NCBI GenBank assembly: GCA_013239625.1
Contig: MU056960.1
Span: forward strand, 6,936,642 to 7,000,641
Length of the DNA: 64,000 nucleotides
Direction: 5' to 3'
Origin: Lama guanicoe
Taxonomy: Eukaryota
Shown piece by piece: positions 12,601 through 62,031 of the stretch. Below the pieces are notes generated by a model. The model saw nothing but the letters and a program-made list of their open reading frames with translations, searched no databases and was not told the DNA's origin. Made by a program: the position numbers and the translations under genes. The first letter of the stretch is position 1. Each line of letters starts with the position of its first letter.

Positions 12601-13797
12601 CTCAGGGATTTGCTCTGCTGATTGGGTGGAGACCCAGTGTCAGGAGTGGGACAATAAAACAGGAGGCCTGGAGGGGCTCTGTCACTCAGCCCTCAGGCCC
12701 TCCAGCCTCCGTGTCCCCACAACTCAGGAATCTGGGCCCTGCACTTACACAGACCTCAGGAACTTTGGATTGTGTGAGCTGGCAGGCTGCGGAGGGCCAT
12801 GGTTCCCTGCTACAGGAGGGGAACTGAGGCCCAGGGAGGCTGGTGGGGACTATCACTGGACAGGGACGCAGCATGATGCTAATCTCCCCCACCCCTGCCT
12901 CTCTCTTTACCTTCTGGTGTTTCTCTCTCTCTGTCTCTGTCTTCCTCTCTTGCTGTCTGTCCTGTCTCTGTGTCTGTCTGTTTCCACCCCCTCCCTTGTC
13001 CCCACTCTCATCCATGACTTCCCTCCTTTTCACTCTCGTAGAAATGGGTGGGTGCACCCTTCACTGCCTCCAGCCTGGAGCTCAGACCCTGGAGCCCAGA
13101 GGCACCCTTGCGCCTGGAGATGCACAGCCAGTGCTCCCCACTGTGTGCAGCCAAGGAGCTGGTGCTCACAGAGCTGCGGAAGCCCACAGACCTGGTGGAA
13201 TCCGATGGGGTGACTGAGCCTGGCTCCTGGGGCCCAGCGCCCTCCACCACTGGCAGCTTGGGTGGCTCAGCTTACAGCCAGGAGAGGGACCGGCCGTATG
13301 GCCAGATATCCATCGAAACGGTGACCGTGGTGGATGCAGAGGGACTGTGCGGCTGGCCCTGCACCTGTGAGGATGATGGCTACCCAGCCCTGAACCTGGA
13401 CCCTGGCCTGGAGTCTGGCCCGGGCACTGAAGATGCACTCCTGCACACGGGGACCACAGTCCTGTCTTGTGGCTGTGTCTCAGCCAGTGGCCCTGCCGGG
13501 CTTGGGGGCAGCCTGCAGGACAGGCTAAAGCTGCCCCTTGAGGATGAGGCAAGTTGGGCCCCAGGGGTTCCCTGGAGCAGCAGGCCGCCCCGAGGGGTGT
13601 CGGATAGTGAGGCTGGCTCCCCTACAGCTGGCCTGGATATGGACACGTTTGACAGCGGCTTTGCGGACTCTGACTGCAGCAGCCCTGTGGAGTGTGACTT
13701 CACCAGCCCCAGGGACGAAGGGCCCCCCAGGAGCTACCTCCGCCAGTGGGTGGTCATGACGCCTCCACCTGGGGGGCCGGGGCCCCAGGCCAGCTAG
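651..13797 (+). CDS. IL21R: Interleukin-21 receptor, complete spliced CDS (8 coding exons, 1611 nt, 536 aa)
   Basis: Exons joined by hand with GT-AG boundaries and continuous frame. Protein reads [29 protein letters not shown]...[11 protein letters not shown]...[12 protein letters not shown]...[11 protein letters not shown]...PGPQAS*, matching IL21R. Convergent neighbour GTF3C1 is the known mammalian synteny. Confidence 0.98.
1709..1847 (-). mobile_element. tRNA-Ala-derived SINE (camelid Vic-1-like), long form, inserted at the end of a MIR
   Basis: tRNA-like head with B box GGTTCAATCC, A-rich tail, ~14-bp TSD gtggccttaactgc (1695) / gcggtcttaactgc (1848). Confidence 0.85.
3658..3760 (+). CDS. 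IL21R: IL21R coding exon 2
   Basis: ctccag| ... CTG|gtaagt; [34 protein letters not shown]. Confidence 0.96.
4135..4280 (-). mobile_element. MIR SINE
   Basis: attttacaaatgaggacact...cagagaggtta...ttgcccaaggtcacagagc core. Confidence 0.75.
4307..4751 (-). mobile_element. ERV1-class solo LTR (MER31/MER67-like)
   Basis: TG...CA termini (minus-strand start tgacaaagaatctctccttgacc) flanked by a perfect 4-bp TSD ATAT (4303-4306, 4752-4755). Confidence 0.75.
4795..5300 (-). mobile_element. L2 LINE 3' fragment
   Basis: ttcattcact...; gcacgtgcaaaggtcctgaggtagga...gctggagcagagtgag motifs typical of L2. Confidence 0.6.
6070..6269 (+). CDS. IL21R: IL21R coding exon 3 (FN3 D1)
   Basis: ttgaag| ... GCA|gtgagt; [15 protein letters not shown]...[30 protein letters not shown]. 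Confidence 0.96.
8784..8929 (+). CDS. IL21R: IL21R coding exon 4 (FN3 D2 first half)
   Basis: tggaag| ... CTG|gtgagg; [20 protein letters not shown]...[20 protein letters not shown]. Confidence 0.96.
8980..9370. repeat. Degenerate ~42-bp tandem array
   Basis: Recurring cagttgaaga-ttccagaa-tgtcc...tttaga units; cores at 9268, 9310 and 9351 are spaced ~42 nt. Confidence 0.6.
9691..9868 (+). CDS. IL21R: IL21R coding exon 5 (WSXWS exon)
   Basis: cggcag| ... AAG|gtaggt; WSEWS encoded at 9823-9837. Confidence 0.97.
10090..10200 (-). mobile_element. MIR SINE
   Basis: ccattttgcaggtgagaaaactgaggctcagagag...ggatttgaacc. Confidence 0.7.
10323..10419 (+). CDS. IL21R: IL21R coding exon 6 (transmembrane)
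   Basis: tcccag| ... GAG|gtgagg; [31 protein letters not shown]. Confidence 0.94.
11401..11482 (+). CDS. IL21R: IL21R coding exon 7 (Box1 JAK-binding motif)
   Basis: tcccag| ... AAG|gtgagt; [27 protein letters not shown]. Confidence 0.96.
13042..13797 (+). CDS. IL21R: IL21R last coding exon (cytoplasmic tail; YLRQ STAT-docking motif at 13735-13746)
   Basis: tcgtag|AAATGGGTG; continues into ORF 13048..13797 ending GPQAS-TAG. Confidence 0.97.
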   Translation, partial: KWVGAPFTASSLELRPWSPEAPLRLEMHSQCSPLCAAKELVLTELRKPTDLVESDGVTEPGSWGPAPSTTGSLGGSAYSQERDRPYGQISIETVTVVDAEGLCGWPCTCEDDGYPALNLDPGLESGPGTEDALLHTGTTVLSCGCVSASGPAGLGGSLQDRLKLPLEDEASWAPGVPWSSRPPRGVSDSEAGSPTAGLDMDTFDSGFADSDCSSPVECDFTSPRDEGPPRSYLRQWVVMTPPPGGPGPQAS

Positions 13798-14309
13798 TAA
13801 AGTAGACTGGCCATCCAGAGCCGGCCATGCTTCTGGGCCACGAGCCAGAGACAGGGTCACCTGGGCTGTGTGTGAAGAGGCCTGCAGCCCTTGGTCTTCC
13901 TGGTGGGGCCCCTCGATGGGGCCCCTGAGCCCAGTGTTCAGGATGTGCGTCTGGGGCTCTGGTGCCCAAGTGCCCATGGACACCGAGCATGCCCATGGTT
14001 ATGCCATGTGCCCAAGGCCACATGTGTCTGTACCTACCTGAGCTCCCTGTGTGCACAAATGCCTCTGTGTATGTGATGACAGCCTCCCTCTTTCCCAGGC
14101 ACATGGGGTAGCCCCTGGATCATGTGCTAACAGGTTGATCCAGTGCTGCCCACAGGCCCTGCCAGTACCAGGGCGCTGCCTGGGGCAGACTGCCAAGCTC
14201 AGCCCTCCAGGTCCTGCATCCAGGAGCCGCCAGAGTCCAGACTGTTCCTTTCAGGGGCCAAGCCCACGGTGACCCTGAGGGTGGGAAGACTTGGGGGGCG
14301 GCCAGCGGG

Positions 14310-14490
14310 CCTAGGTCTGAATCCTGACTCTGACGCCTCCTGGCTGTGCCACCTTGGGCAGGTTGCTTTCCCGTTCTGGGCTGGAGTTTCCTGTCTGGAC
14401 AACGGGGGTGGCGTGCCCTACCTTGGGGAGAAATTGGTGAGGTCGCCCATGTATAGTGTGCAGCCCAGACCTTTAATAAACATCAACTTC
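14310..14490 (+). mobile_element. Diverged MIR in the IL21R 3'UTR
   Basis: ctgaatcctgactctgac...gctgtgccaccttgggcaggttgctt...agtttcct...ending in aataaa. Confidence 0.6.
14475..14480 (+). terminator. Probable IL21R poly(A) signal
   Basis: First AATAAA after the stop codon, ~680 nt downstream. Confidence 0.6.
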
Positions 14491-15964
14491 CTTCCTTCTG
14501 CGGCCAGGACCAAGGCTCGTGCTGGAGGCGGGTAGGGGTGAGAAACCAGACACCGCCCAGGTACCTGCGGGCTGTCCCGCCCTGTCGAAGGGCACATGGG
14601 GGATTCCGGCTTCGTCTCTTAGAAACAGCCCCTTACCGACCAAGGTTTCTTTTCCTGGCTCCTGCTGCCTGTTTTGTTGTTCCCTTTATGCACCCAAGAC
14701 ATATTTATTGAGTGCAAGTACTTGAAGGTGCAGGGCTACCTGGAGAGGACCCATCCTTTGGCATACATGTGGGGGAGGGGTGCAGACCAGACTCTGCAGG
14801 AATGAGACAGTGGTCCTGGTCCCCCATGTCTCATTTGCTTGTCCTGGGGAGCCGGGGGAAGTCAAGTTCTCAATAATTTGTCAGGGAGCCTGCTGACATG
14901 TGAATTTAAGATGCTAAGAAAATACTTCTTTGCGATGTTTGGAAGGCACGTTACTGAACACAAGAGCTAGGTATCAGTGCAGCATCTTGCATACAACTCA
15001 TACTTAAGAAAAGAAAAGAGATCCTTTATCCCCTAAGGGGGCTCACCTTTAGAGGCAGTTTTTTGAGACCACCCAGCAGGGTTAATTTGGCAGAGGGTCT
15101 GATTCAGCCACAGGCTCTCAGAACCCTGGGGGAATCATCACCCCATCATCCTCCCCAAAGTCCACAGGACGGTGCCTGAAGGAGACAAATCTGGCTTGCC
15201 TCTGCTTTTGGACGAGGGCTGAGCCAGAAGCCAGCCCTGCTGATGGCTTTTCTGTGACTCCTCTGTAAAAGGGGGTGGTTGGGAGAAGTGGCCCAGAGAA
15301 CATGGGAGTCCTTGGTGCCAAAAGTTCTAGAACATTGGATGGTCATAATAGTGGGACTGAACCTGGAATCAGGGTGCATGAGGCTAAGATAGGAACACAA
15401 GTGTGAAACCACAGCCCCTGCAGGTGTGAGCAGCCCTCACCATCCCCCACCGTCACCGTGGAGATGCTTGGGCCAAGGTGTGCTGTGGTTTTCACACCCT
15501 CTTGGAGGCCACAGGCTCCAGGCACCCTCTGAGCCCCAGGCTCCTGGGGGAAGCAGCTCAGCTCTCCAGCACACAGAGCTCTGAGTCAGGGTGCCGGGGG
15601 AGGGGACACTTGGGAGACTGGCTGATGCCAGGCCTGGGGGGTGGGACGGGGCTCTGACCTGGACCAGACATGGCTTCTCACTGATTCTGTCTTTGAAGGG
15701 ACTCAGCTCATAAATATGGGTGCAAAATAGAGACTAGAGCTGGTCCACCTGGGAGGGTGGATTCGTAGGAGTGAGGTGGATGGATGGATAAAAGGATGAT
15801 AAAAGGCATGAAGGAGAGAGAGTTGGATGGACAGATGGCGATAAACAGTTGTTAGAGACAAGGATGAAACAGCAAACGTAACCTCCGTGAAGGCAACAAC
15901 TCCTCTTTTGTTCCCTGCACGACCCCAGGCCAGGCAGAGAGTGGACCCTCAGTAAAGCCTGGTT

Positions 15965-16100
15965 GGCAGTATTTGCTTATGTAAATACTTCCACTGTGGC
16001 CAATTTCAAGCTACCAACTTGACGGCTGTAAACAAGGGGTTGGAAGAGATGTTCATAATAAACTCTTCTCGCTGGTGTGAGCCAGCCCCAGCACACCATG
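15965..16100 (-). mobile_element. hAT DNA transposon relic (MER63-like)
   Basis: aaatacttccactgtggccaatttcaagctaccaac...ggttggaagagatg...gagccagccccagcacacca. Confidence 0.55.
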
Positions 16101-16639
16101 GATGGGAGCCCAGAGGGGGCGTCAGGAGGGCCAGGCTGGGGGTGCTTCAGGGTGAGATGGTATCTGGTTGGACTTTGAAAAATGAATCAGAGTTGTTAGG
16201 GACACCACCAGCTCCTTGGGCAGAAGAAGAGCTTGAGTGAAGGCCTGGAGGTGTGACTGAGCCCTGAGCCCCTGGGGGTGCGGAAGGTGGTTCGCTGTCA
16301 CCCAAAGGCCAGGCCAGAATTGCTAACAACCCCGTCTTAAGAGGCAGGATTGGTAGCAACCCCCCTTTTGTGGATGCCACAATCTGCTCCTGGCCCGGCC
16401 CTTTTCCATCTGCAGGCTCCGAGGCACCGGGATACCCGCGTGACAGATGAAGTAAAGATGCAGAAGGGGCCAGTGACTTGCCTGAGGTCACACACTAAAT
16501 TGGAGGTCAGAGTCAGAACTTGAACTCTGGTTGCTCTGATGAAAGAGAACTAGATCAGGAGGGAAGAAACTCTTGGCAAACACCTGTGGGTACCTGTGCT
16601 TCTGCCAGGGCAGCATCCTGTTGGGTGGCTATGGATCCA

Positions 16640-17365
16640 GGCCTGGCCAAGAAAGCATCCTGTCTTCCTGACCACAGTACTGGTCAGACATGAGATCCAA
16701 ACTGGTCCATATGCTCTTCCTCCTGCTGAGATTGCTCAGCTGTAGGGGTGGACAAAATCTGGAGCTGCTGGGAGAGGGGCACCAGGAGGGAACAGCTCAC
16801 CTGAGATGAGGCCAAGACACAGGAAAGCGGAGCTGGGAGGCGGATACCTATTCCTGGTATCATCTTTTAAGGCCCTGGATCCAGCCATGCCTGAAACTAC
16901 ACACCCCCTGGAATTTTGAGGTCCATGAATATAGAAGTCATTACGTTGTTGACCAAATACTTCTAACTCTTGGTCTCCTGGTCAAGATGGTGCCGTATGA
17001 CCAGGACTGGCCAATGAGTGATGAGCAGAAGTGGTAAGTTTCAGTTCTGGACCAGAGCACTGGACTGATGGTTGTGCTGCCCTCTAGAGTGTTCCTCTCT
17101 GCCAGTGACTGGTGATGTTTGAGATGACAGCCGCTCCATCAGCCTGGGTCCTCAAGTGGGGAGACGTGGAGCAGACCTTCTAGTTCACCTGCGATGTACA
17201 CATATTGTAAACAAGAAAAAAATCCTTTGTTCTAATCCGCTAAGGTTTGGGGGCTGTTTGTTACCACAGCATAACCCAGCCTATCCTGACTAAATCGATG
17301 AGCTGTAAGTTTTCTTTTTTTGCTTAAGCAGGTTTGAGATGGGTTTCTGTCACTTGCACTAGGAA
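16640..17365 (+). mobile_element. MaLR (MLT1-type) LTRs, apparently nested
   Basis: Two MLT1-style 3' ends: tgtttgttaccacagcataacccagcctatcctgactaa (~17255-17293) and gcttaagcaggtttgagatgggtttctgtcacttgca (~17322-17358). Confidence 0.6.
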
Positions 17366-18894
17366 GTGTCCTGGCAATATTCTCAGTGCATCCCTACAAT
17401 AAAGACTCCTCCCATCCCAAGGAAGGACCACATTCAAAGGGGCCAGAGGACCGGGCTCCATCATGTCTCGTGAATGACCTTGGGCAAAACATTTGCTGTC
17501 TCCGAGCCTCAGTTTCCTCTTCTGTAAAGTGGAGGCAGGACTCAGCCTCTCAGCTCGCGATGGGGATGAAAAGGGAGGATGAAGACCAGACATTAGATGT
17601 GAGTGGGCTTCTCCGCCATTCCCTTCAGCCAGCCTGAGTGTCACATGAGGGAAGGGCTGTGGTCCCAGCCCTTCTCTAGTTTCCTCCCAGAGAGATAAAC
17701 CAAGCTGACATTGCCCTGTGTGAGGATTTAAAAAACCCGAGAACCCCAGCTTCCCAACCTTTCCCCATTCATTACCACATTACCACAGCATCTTAGCCTC
17801 CGATGCTGTCTGGGTGTCCCGGACGATCTACTTTGGTAAGGAAAGAGAGGATGCCAATCAGCCCCCACCCTTCACTTTACCCCTGGGGAAACAGAGGCCC
17901 AGAGGTGCATCACCTGCAGTCCGTGCCTCCCACTCCACATCCCTGGCTCCTTTGGGCCTCCTGTCGGAGGGAGAGCCTCTCCTTTCCCCCTCCTCCCACT
18001 CATCTGGGGACTTGGTTGGCCTTCGGCTGCCGCTGGCACCAGGTGCAGGAGAGCCGTTCACAGCCGACCTCAGTTGCAATTGCCCCAGATGCACCATCAA
18101 AACCCGGAACTGGTCTTCTGTGGGTGATGGTGGAGTGAGCACGTGTACTTCCCCTCTGGGGAGCACATGACCGAGAGCAAAGGAGTAAGAAGTATAAACT
18201 CTCCACGACGCAGGGACAGAGAGGGGGGTCACCTGCAGTCAGAAAACATCAACTTGTGAGTGGAAAACAAGATGTCAAGTCTTTGCTCAAACGGCACCTT
18301 CTAAAAACAGCAGCTAGTTTTACTCTTTTCCGTGACACTTACTATGCCCTCATACATGTCTTTTACGTATTGTATTTACTGCCTGTCCCACTAGCACAGG
18401 GATTTTTTCTGTTTTGTCCACTGCTAGGTCTGAGAGCCTAGAGCACTGCCTGACACATAGCAGGTGCCCAACAAATACTGAATGGATGAATAGATGGATC
18501 AGTCAGTCAGTCAGTCAGAGGCAGGGCGGTGACTGACAGAGCAGTGGGCAGAGACGAGGGAGGGGAGTGAGCCCAGAAGGGACCCTCCTGCCCCTTGACT
18601 TGGAAATGCCCCACAATGGGACATGACGGTGAAGACAGGGGCCCCCTTGGAAGTCTGTGAATGGAGCCAAAGACCTCCCCTCCCCGTTGCTCACACCACA
18701 GGACAGCTAATGGTCATCCTCCATCCCTTGTGGCAACAGATGGGAGGGTTTTTCTTTTAAAAATTGATGGCTCCAGAGAAGAAACTATTGCATTCTGCAG
18801 CTTTGGAGGTCTCTTGGCATCATGCTGGCTCCCCACCCCAAAGCAAACTCTATCCCTGGAGAGCAGTGTTGAGGGGGAAAGGCTTTGAGGCTGG

Positions 18895-19110
18895 ACGACC
18901 TGAAATGGGAAGTCAGCAGATCCACTTACTAGCTTCCAGCTTGTGGAAATGCTTTTTAACCTCCTTGGGCCTCAGTTTCCTCATATGTGAAATGGGTCTA
19001 CTGGTTAGACATACTTCTTAGCTTGTGGGACCAGAAGTTATTATGTGTAAAGTGCCAAAAGCAGTGTCTGGCACATTGCAAGTGCTCAGAAAATGTTATG
19101 TTATCATCAT
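18895..19110 (+). mobile_element. MIR SINE
   Basis: ggcctcagtttcctcatatgtgaaatggg...tgtaaagtgcc...gtctggcacattgcaagtgctcag. Confidence 0.75.
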
Positions 19111-19557
19111 TTTTGTGAACAAGTCACCACCTGCCCCAGCAAGCTTTTATGATCTCAACCTTGAATGTGGATGGACAAGCTACAAGCACCTGGAGACTCA
19201 GATGAACCAGCAAGAGACAGACACATTGGGCTGCTGATGCCACCTGCTGGTGACCAGTGGAACCTGGCTGAAGAGTTGGCAGAAGGCATTAGCCCTGCGC
19301 TGGGCCAGGTGCTGCCTGACACCTGTCAAGGGATGGGCTGGGGCCATCCCAGCAGGAAGAAGGGCTTTCCAGGCAGTGGCAGGCCGCTCCTGAGGCTGGA
19401 AGATAGGGGGGTGGCCCTGCTCGGCCGTGAGGCCCTCCTTCTTCCTCCGGTTTTACTGGAAACATCTATTCCTGACTGTTCGTAGCTGAAAACAAGGAGC
19501 CTCCAGGGGACCAAAGGTTCTTTAGGAAATACACAAAACTAAATGCACTGACTTCGC

Positions 19558-19563
19558 TTTAAT
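19558..19563 (-). terminator. Probable GTF3C1 poly(A) signal (ATTAAA)
   Basis: ATTAAA on - strand ~760 nt after the stop, with a U-rich upstream tract and GU-rich downstream sequence (agttttgtgtatt). Confidence 0.65.
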
Positions 19564-20322
19564 TAAAAAATAAATAAATACATGCCAGGGGATTTTTTTT
19601 CAATGAGGAAAGAGGCTGAAGGAACAAAACCCCAAACCCACAGGGACCTCTCTTGTTTCTAGCGGCCCCTTTGCTAGAGGCCTGCAGGCAGCGTGCAGGC
19701 TCAGCCGCAGTCCCGCTCTGTGACAGGTCCCCGTAAGGCCCTGCCCCTCAGGCCATGGGGCTTCCCGGGAGCAGGGGGAGTCTGCCATGGTGGCTGGAAT
19801 CTGGAAGGCGAGGTCTGCGTGGATGGGGCAGAGCCCCCCAGCCCCGAGGTCCCGACCCCTCACTGGCCAGGAGATGTCCATCCAGAAGGCTCCAGGCCTG
19901 GGCAGGTGGCTCTGCTCCCAAATGGCAGCCTCACCTTGGAGGTCCTTGGAGGATGAGCCCGCCAGGGCCTATCATACTCACCATAGCCCAGGTTCTAGAG
20001 AGATCGGCAGGCAGCTCAGCTGAGGCTCCGGAAACAGGAGGAGAGTGGGCGGAGACCAGCGTTTCCAGCCGCGGCTCCCCCGCGACTCCCGGGTGACGAT
20101 GCACAGTCCTCAGGGTCCTTAAGGCCAGCCCGGGAAGGACCTGGGAGCAGGCGGGCAGGTGGCCCTCCTGCCAGAGTTCCAGGCCTGGAAACCACAGCTG
20201 GGGCTGGGGCCAGGTACACACAGCCCCCGAGCAGCAGGCGGGTGCAGGGGCCTCGGCACCCCGACCTCGCCAGGCTGACCCCACACACAGTGGGACAGGA
20301 GGGCCATGGTGACCACGCCGCC

Positions 20323-59998
<39,676 letters not shown>

Positions 59999-61862
59999 CT
60001 GGGGACAAAGGGACACGTCCCCATGGTGAGTAAGTCAGTGAAGGGGCAGTGGCTTCAGCAGAGCCAGAGGCCCTGAGAAAGGCCACACACAGCGTCCAGT
60101 TCAGAACACTGAAAACTGCATATCCTGGGGCACGAGACCCAAAAGTTTACTCCATAAAATTGCTTTTTGTTGTTCATACAGTTAGGGAACAAAGAAATGC
60201 CAGTGAAGGGAATAACAGGGTACCATCTTGGGCCTGTGAAATAAATAGCAGCCTCTGCTCCAGACGAGCTCTGTGACCACAGGAAACCTGCCTGTCTTTT
60301 CCCATCACCCCCACCGGCCCCCAGCTCCGTGCCCGGCTCCCAGTTCCGTGCCCAGACCCCAGCTCTGAGCCAGGCCTCTAGCAGGCACACGGGTGGTGTT
60401 ACTGCAAGAGTGAAACATGTCTTTTTCCTTTTAAGCCGACACCCACCGCCACTAAGATGCAGCAGCAGTGTGAACAAGTTCTGTGACCTTTCTAGAGCAT
60501 TTCAAGAGGCCTTTAATCCCATGATTCCAAGAGTAGGAATTTAATACAAGCAAATAAAAGAGGCAAAACTGCCAATAGTAAGAGGTCCACATAGCACTCT
60601 TACAGGATCTAGTTTTTATGAATAATATAAACAATGAAGAGGGACCAGGGGGCAGGACACAGAGAAGTCACCACACTCTGCGGGCTAGCGCCTGCCTCCA
60701 CACAATCACACGGCACCTGGACTCACCTAGAAAAGCACCATGTGGGAAGGATCACAAGCTCCTATGGCTGTAACACGAGAGGTACAAGGAAAAGCAAAAA
60801 CATCTCGACACTTTACACGCGCTAACTCATTTGATCCTGCCAACCCTAGGAGGCATACAAATGAAGAAACCGAGGTACAGATGGGTTAACGAACTTGCCC
60901 AAGCTCCCAACAGCTTGTAAGTGACAGGGGCTGAGTGACTCAGGCAGGGTCCCAGGGGAGAGCAGCAGGAGAAACAGCAGGGGAAGGATGGGGCACCATG
61001 CAGTCTGAGCTGCATGATTTCGAGAGACCACTTGGAATTCGTTTCACCAGCCCTTTATACATTTCCCATCAATCTAGAGTTCTTCCAGACTCAGAATCTC
61101 AACTATTAAAATCCCTTCAGCTCATGCTTGCCATTTTTAAGAGCTTGTTCTAGAGCACAAGTCAGCTGAAGCCAAAGCAGAAGGGGCCAGAGGGAGACCC
61201 CGGTTACCTGCAACCCCCTGGAGGAATCATGGGCCTGTTAACTGCAACTCCCAACCCCTGGGCGCAGGGCTTTCTCTCTAGGAACAAAAGGCAAGAGAAA
61301 TCCAACCAGTCAGACCCCTGCGCACGCGCTCAAACGCACCGAGTTTTCGGCATTCTAAATACGTGGCGTCTCAGCAGTTCCGTGCAAAGGGATCACGCAG
61401 TTCTTTTGTGTCAACTGACCAGGATGGGCTCCACCTTAGCATGAAAAATAGCTTAATTCAGACATTCTGAAGACCCAGAAAGGCAGGAGGGAAGGACTGA
61501 GTCTTGAGCACCTGGGATGAGCCAGGCATTGCGTCAGGTGTTTTTGGAAGCTATTTAACTTAAGCATTGCGTGACTCCTTCAAGTTATTATTGCCACATA
61601 AGGAAAACAAGCTCAGAGGACTCGAGGGATCTAACCGATGCCTTGGTGGCCAGCAAGGCACATTGGACCACCTGGCGGGGGCAGAATTTCAAATTTCTAT
61701 CGGAAAGCACTGCTCCTCATAAAGGAAAACCCAGAATGGCTGTGATGTGGGACCAACAGCCCATGTTTCTCACATTTCCAGTGAAGCATCTCATCTGGCC
61801 CCTAGCAGAGTGGTACCCTCACCTGTGATTAACCCAGCAAGCAGGTGTTATGTAAATTCAGA

Positions 61863-62031
61863 NNNNNNNNNNNNNNNNNNNNNNNNNNNNNNNNNNNNNN
61901 NNNNNNNNNNNNNNNNNNNNNNNNNNNNNNNNNNNNNNNNNNNNNNNNNNNNNNNNNNNNNNNNNNNNNNNNNNNNNNNNNNNNNNNNNNNNNNNNNNNN
62001 NNNNNNNNNNNNNNNNNNNNNNNNNNNNNNN
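61863..62031. other. Assembly gap (169 N)
   Basis: Run of N. Confidence 1.

Noticed and set aside
13000-14500. IL21R antisense lncRNA known from human
   Set aside because: Cannot be supported from sequence alone
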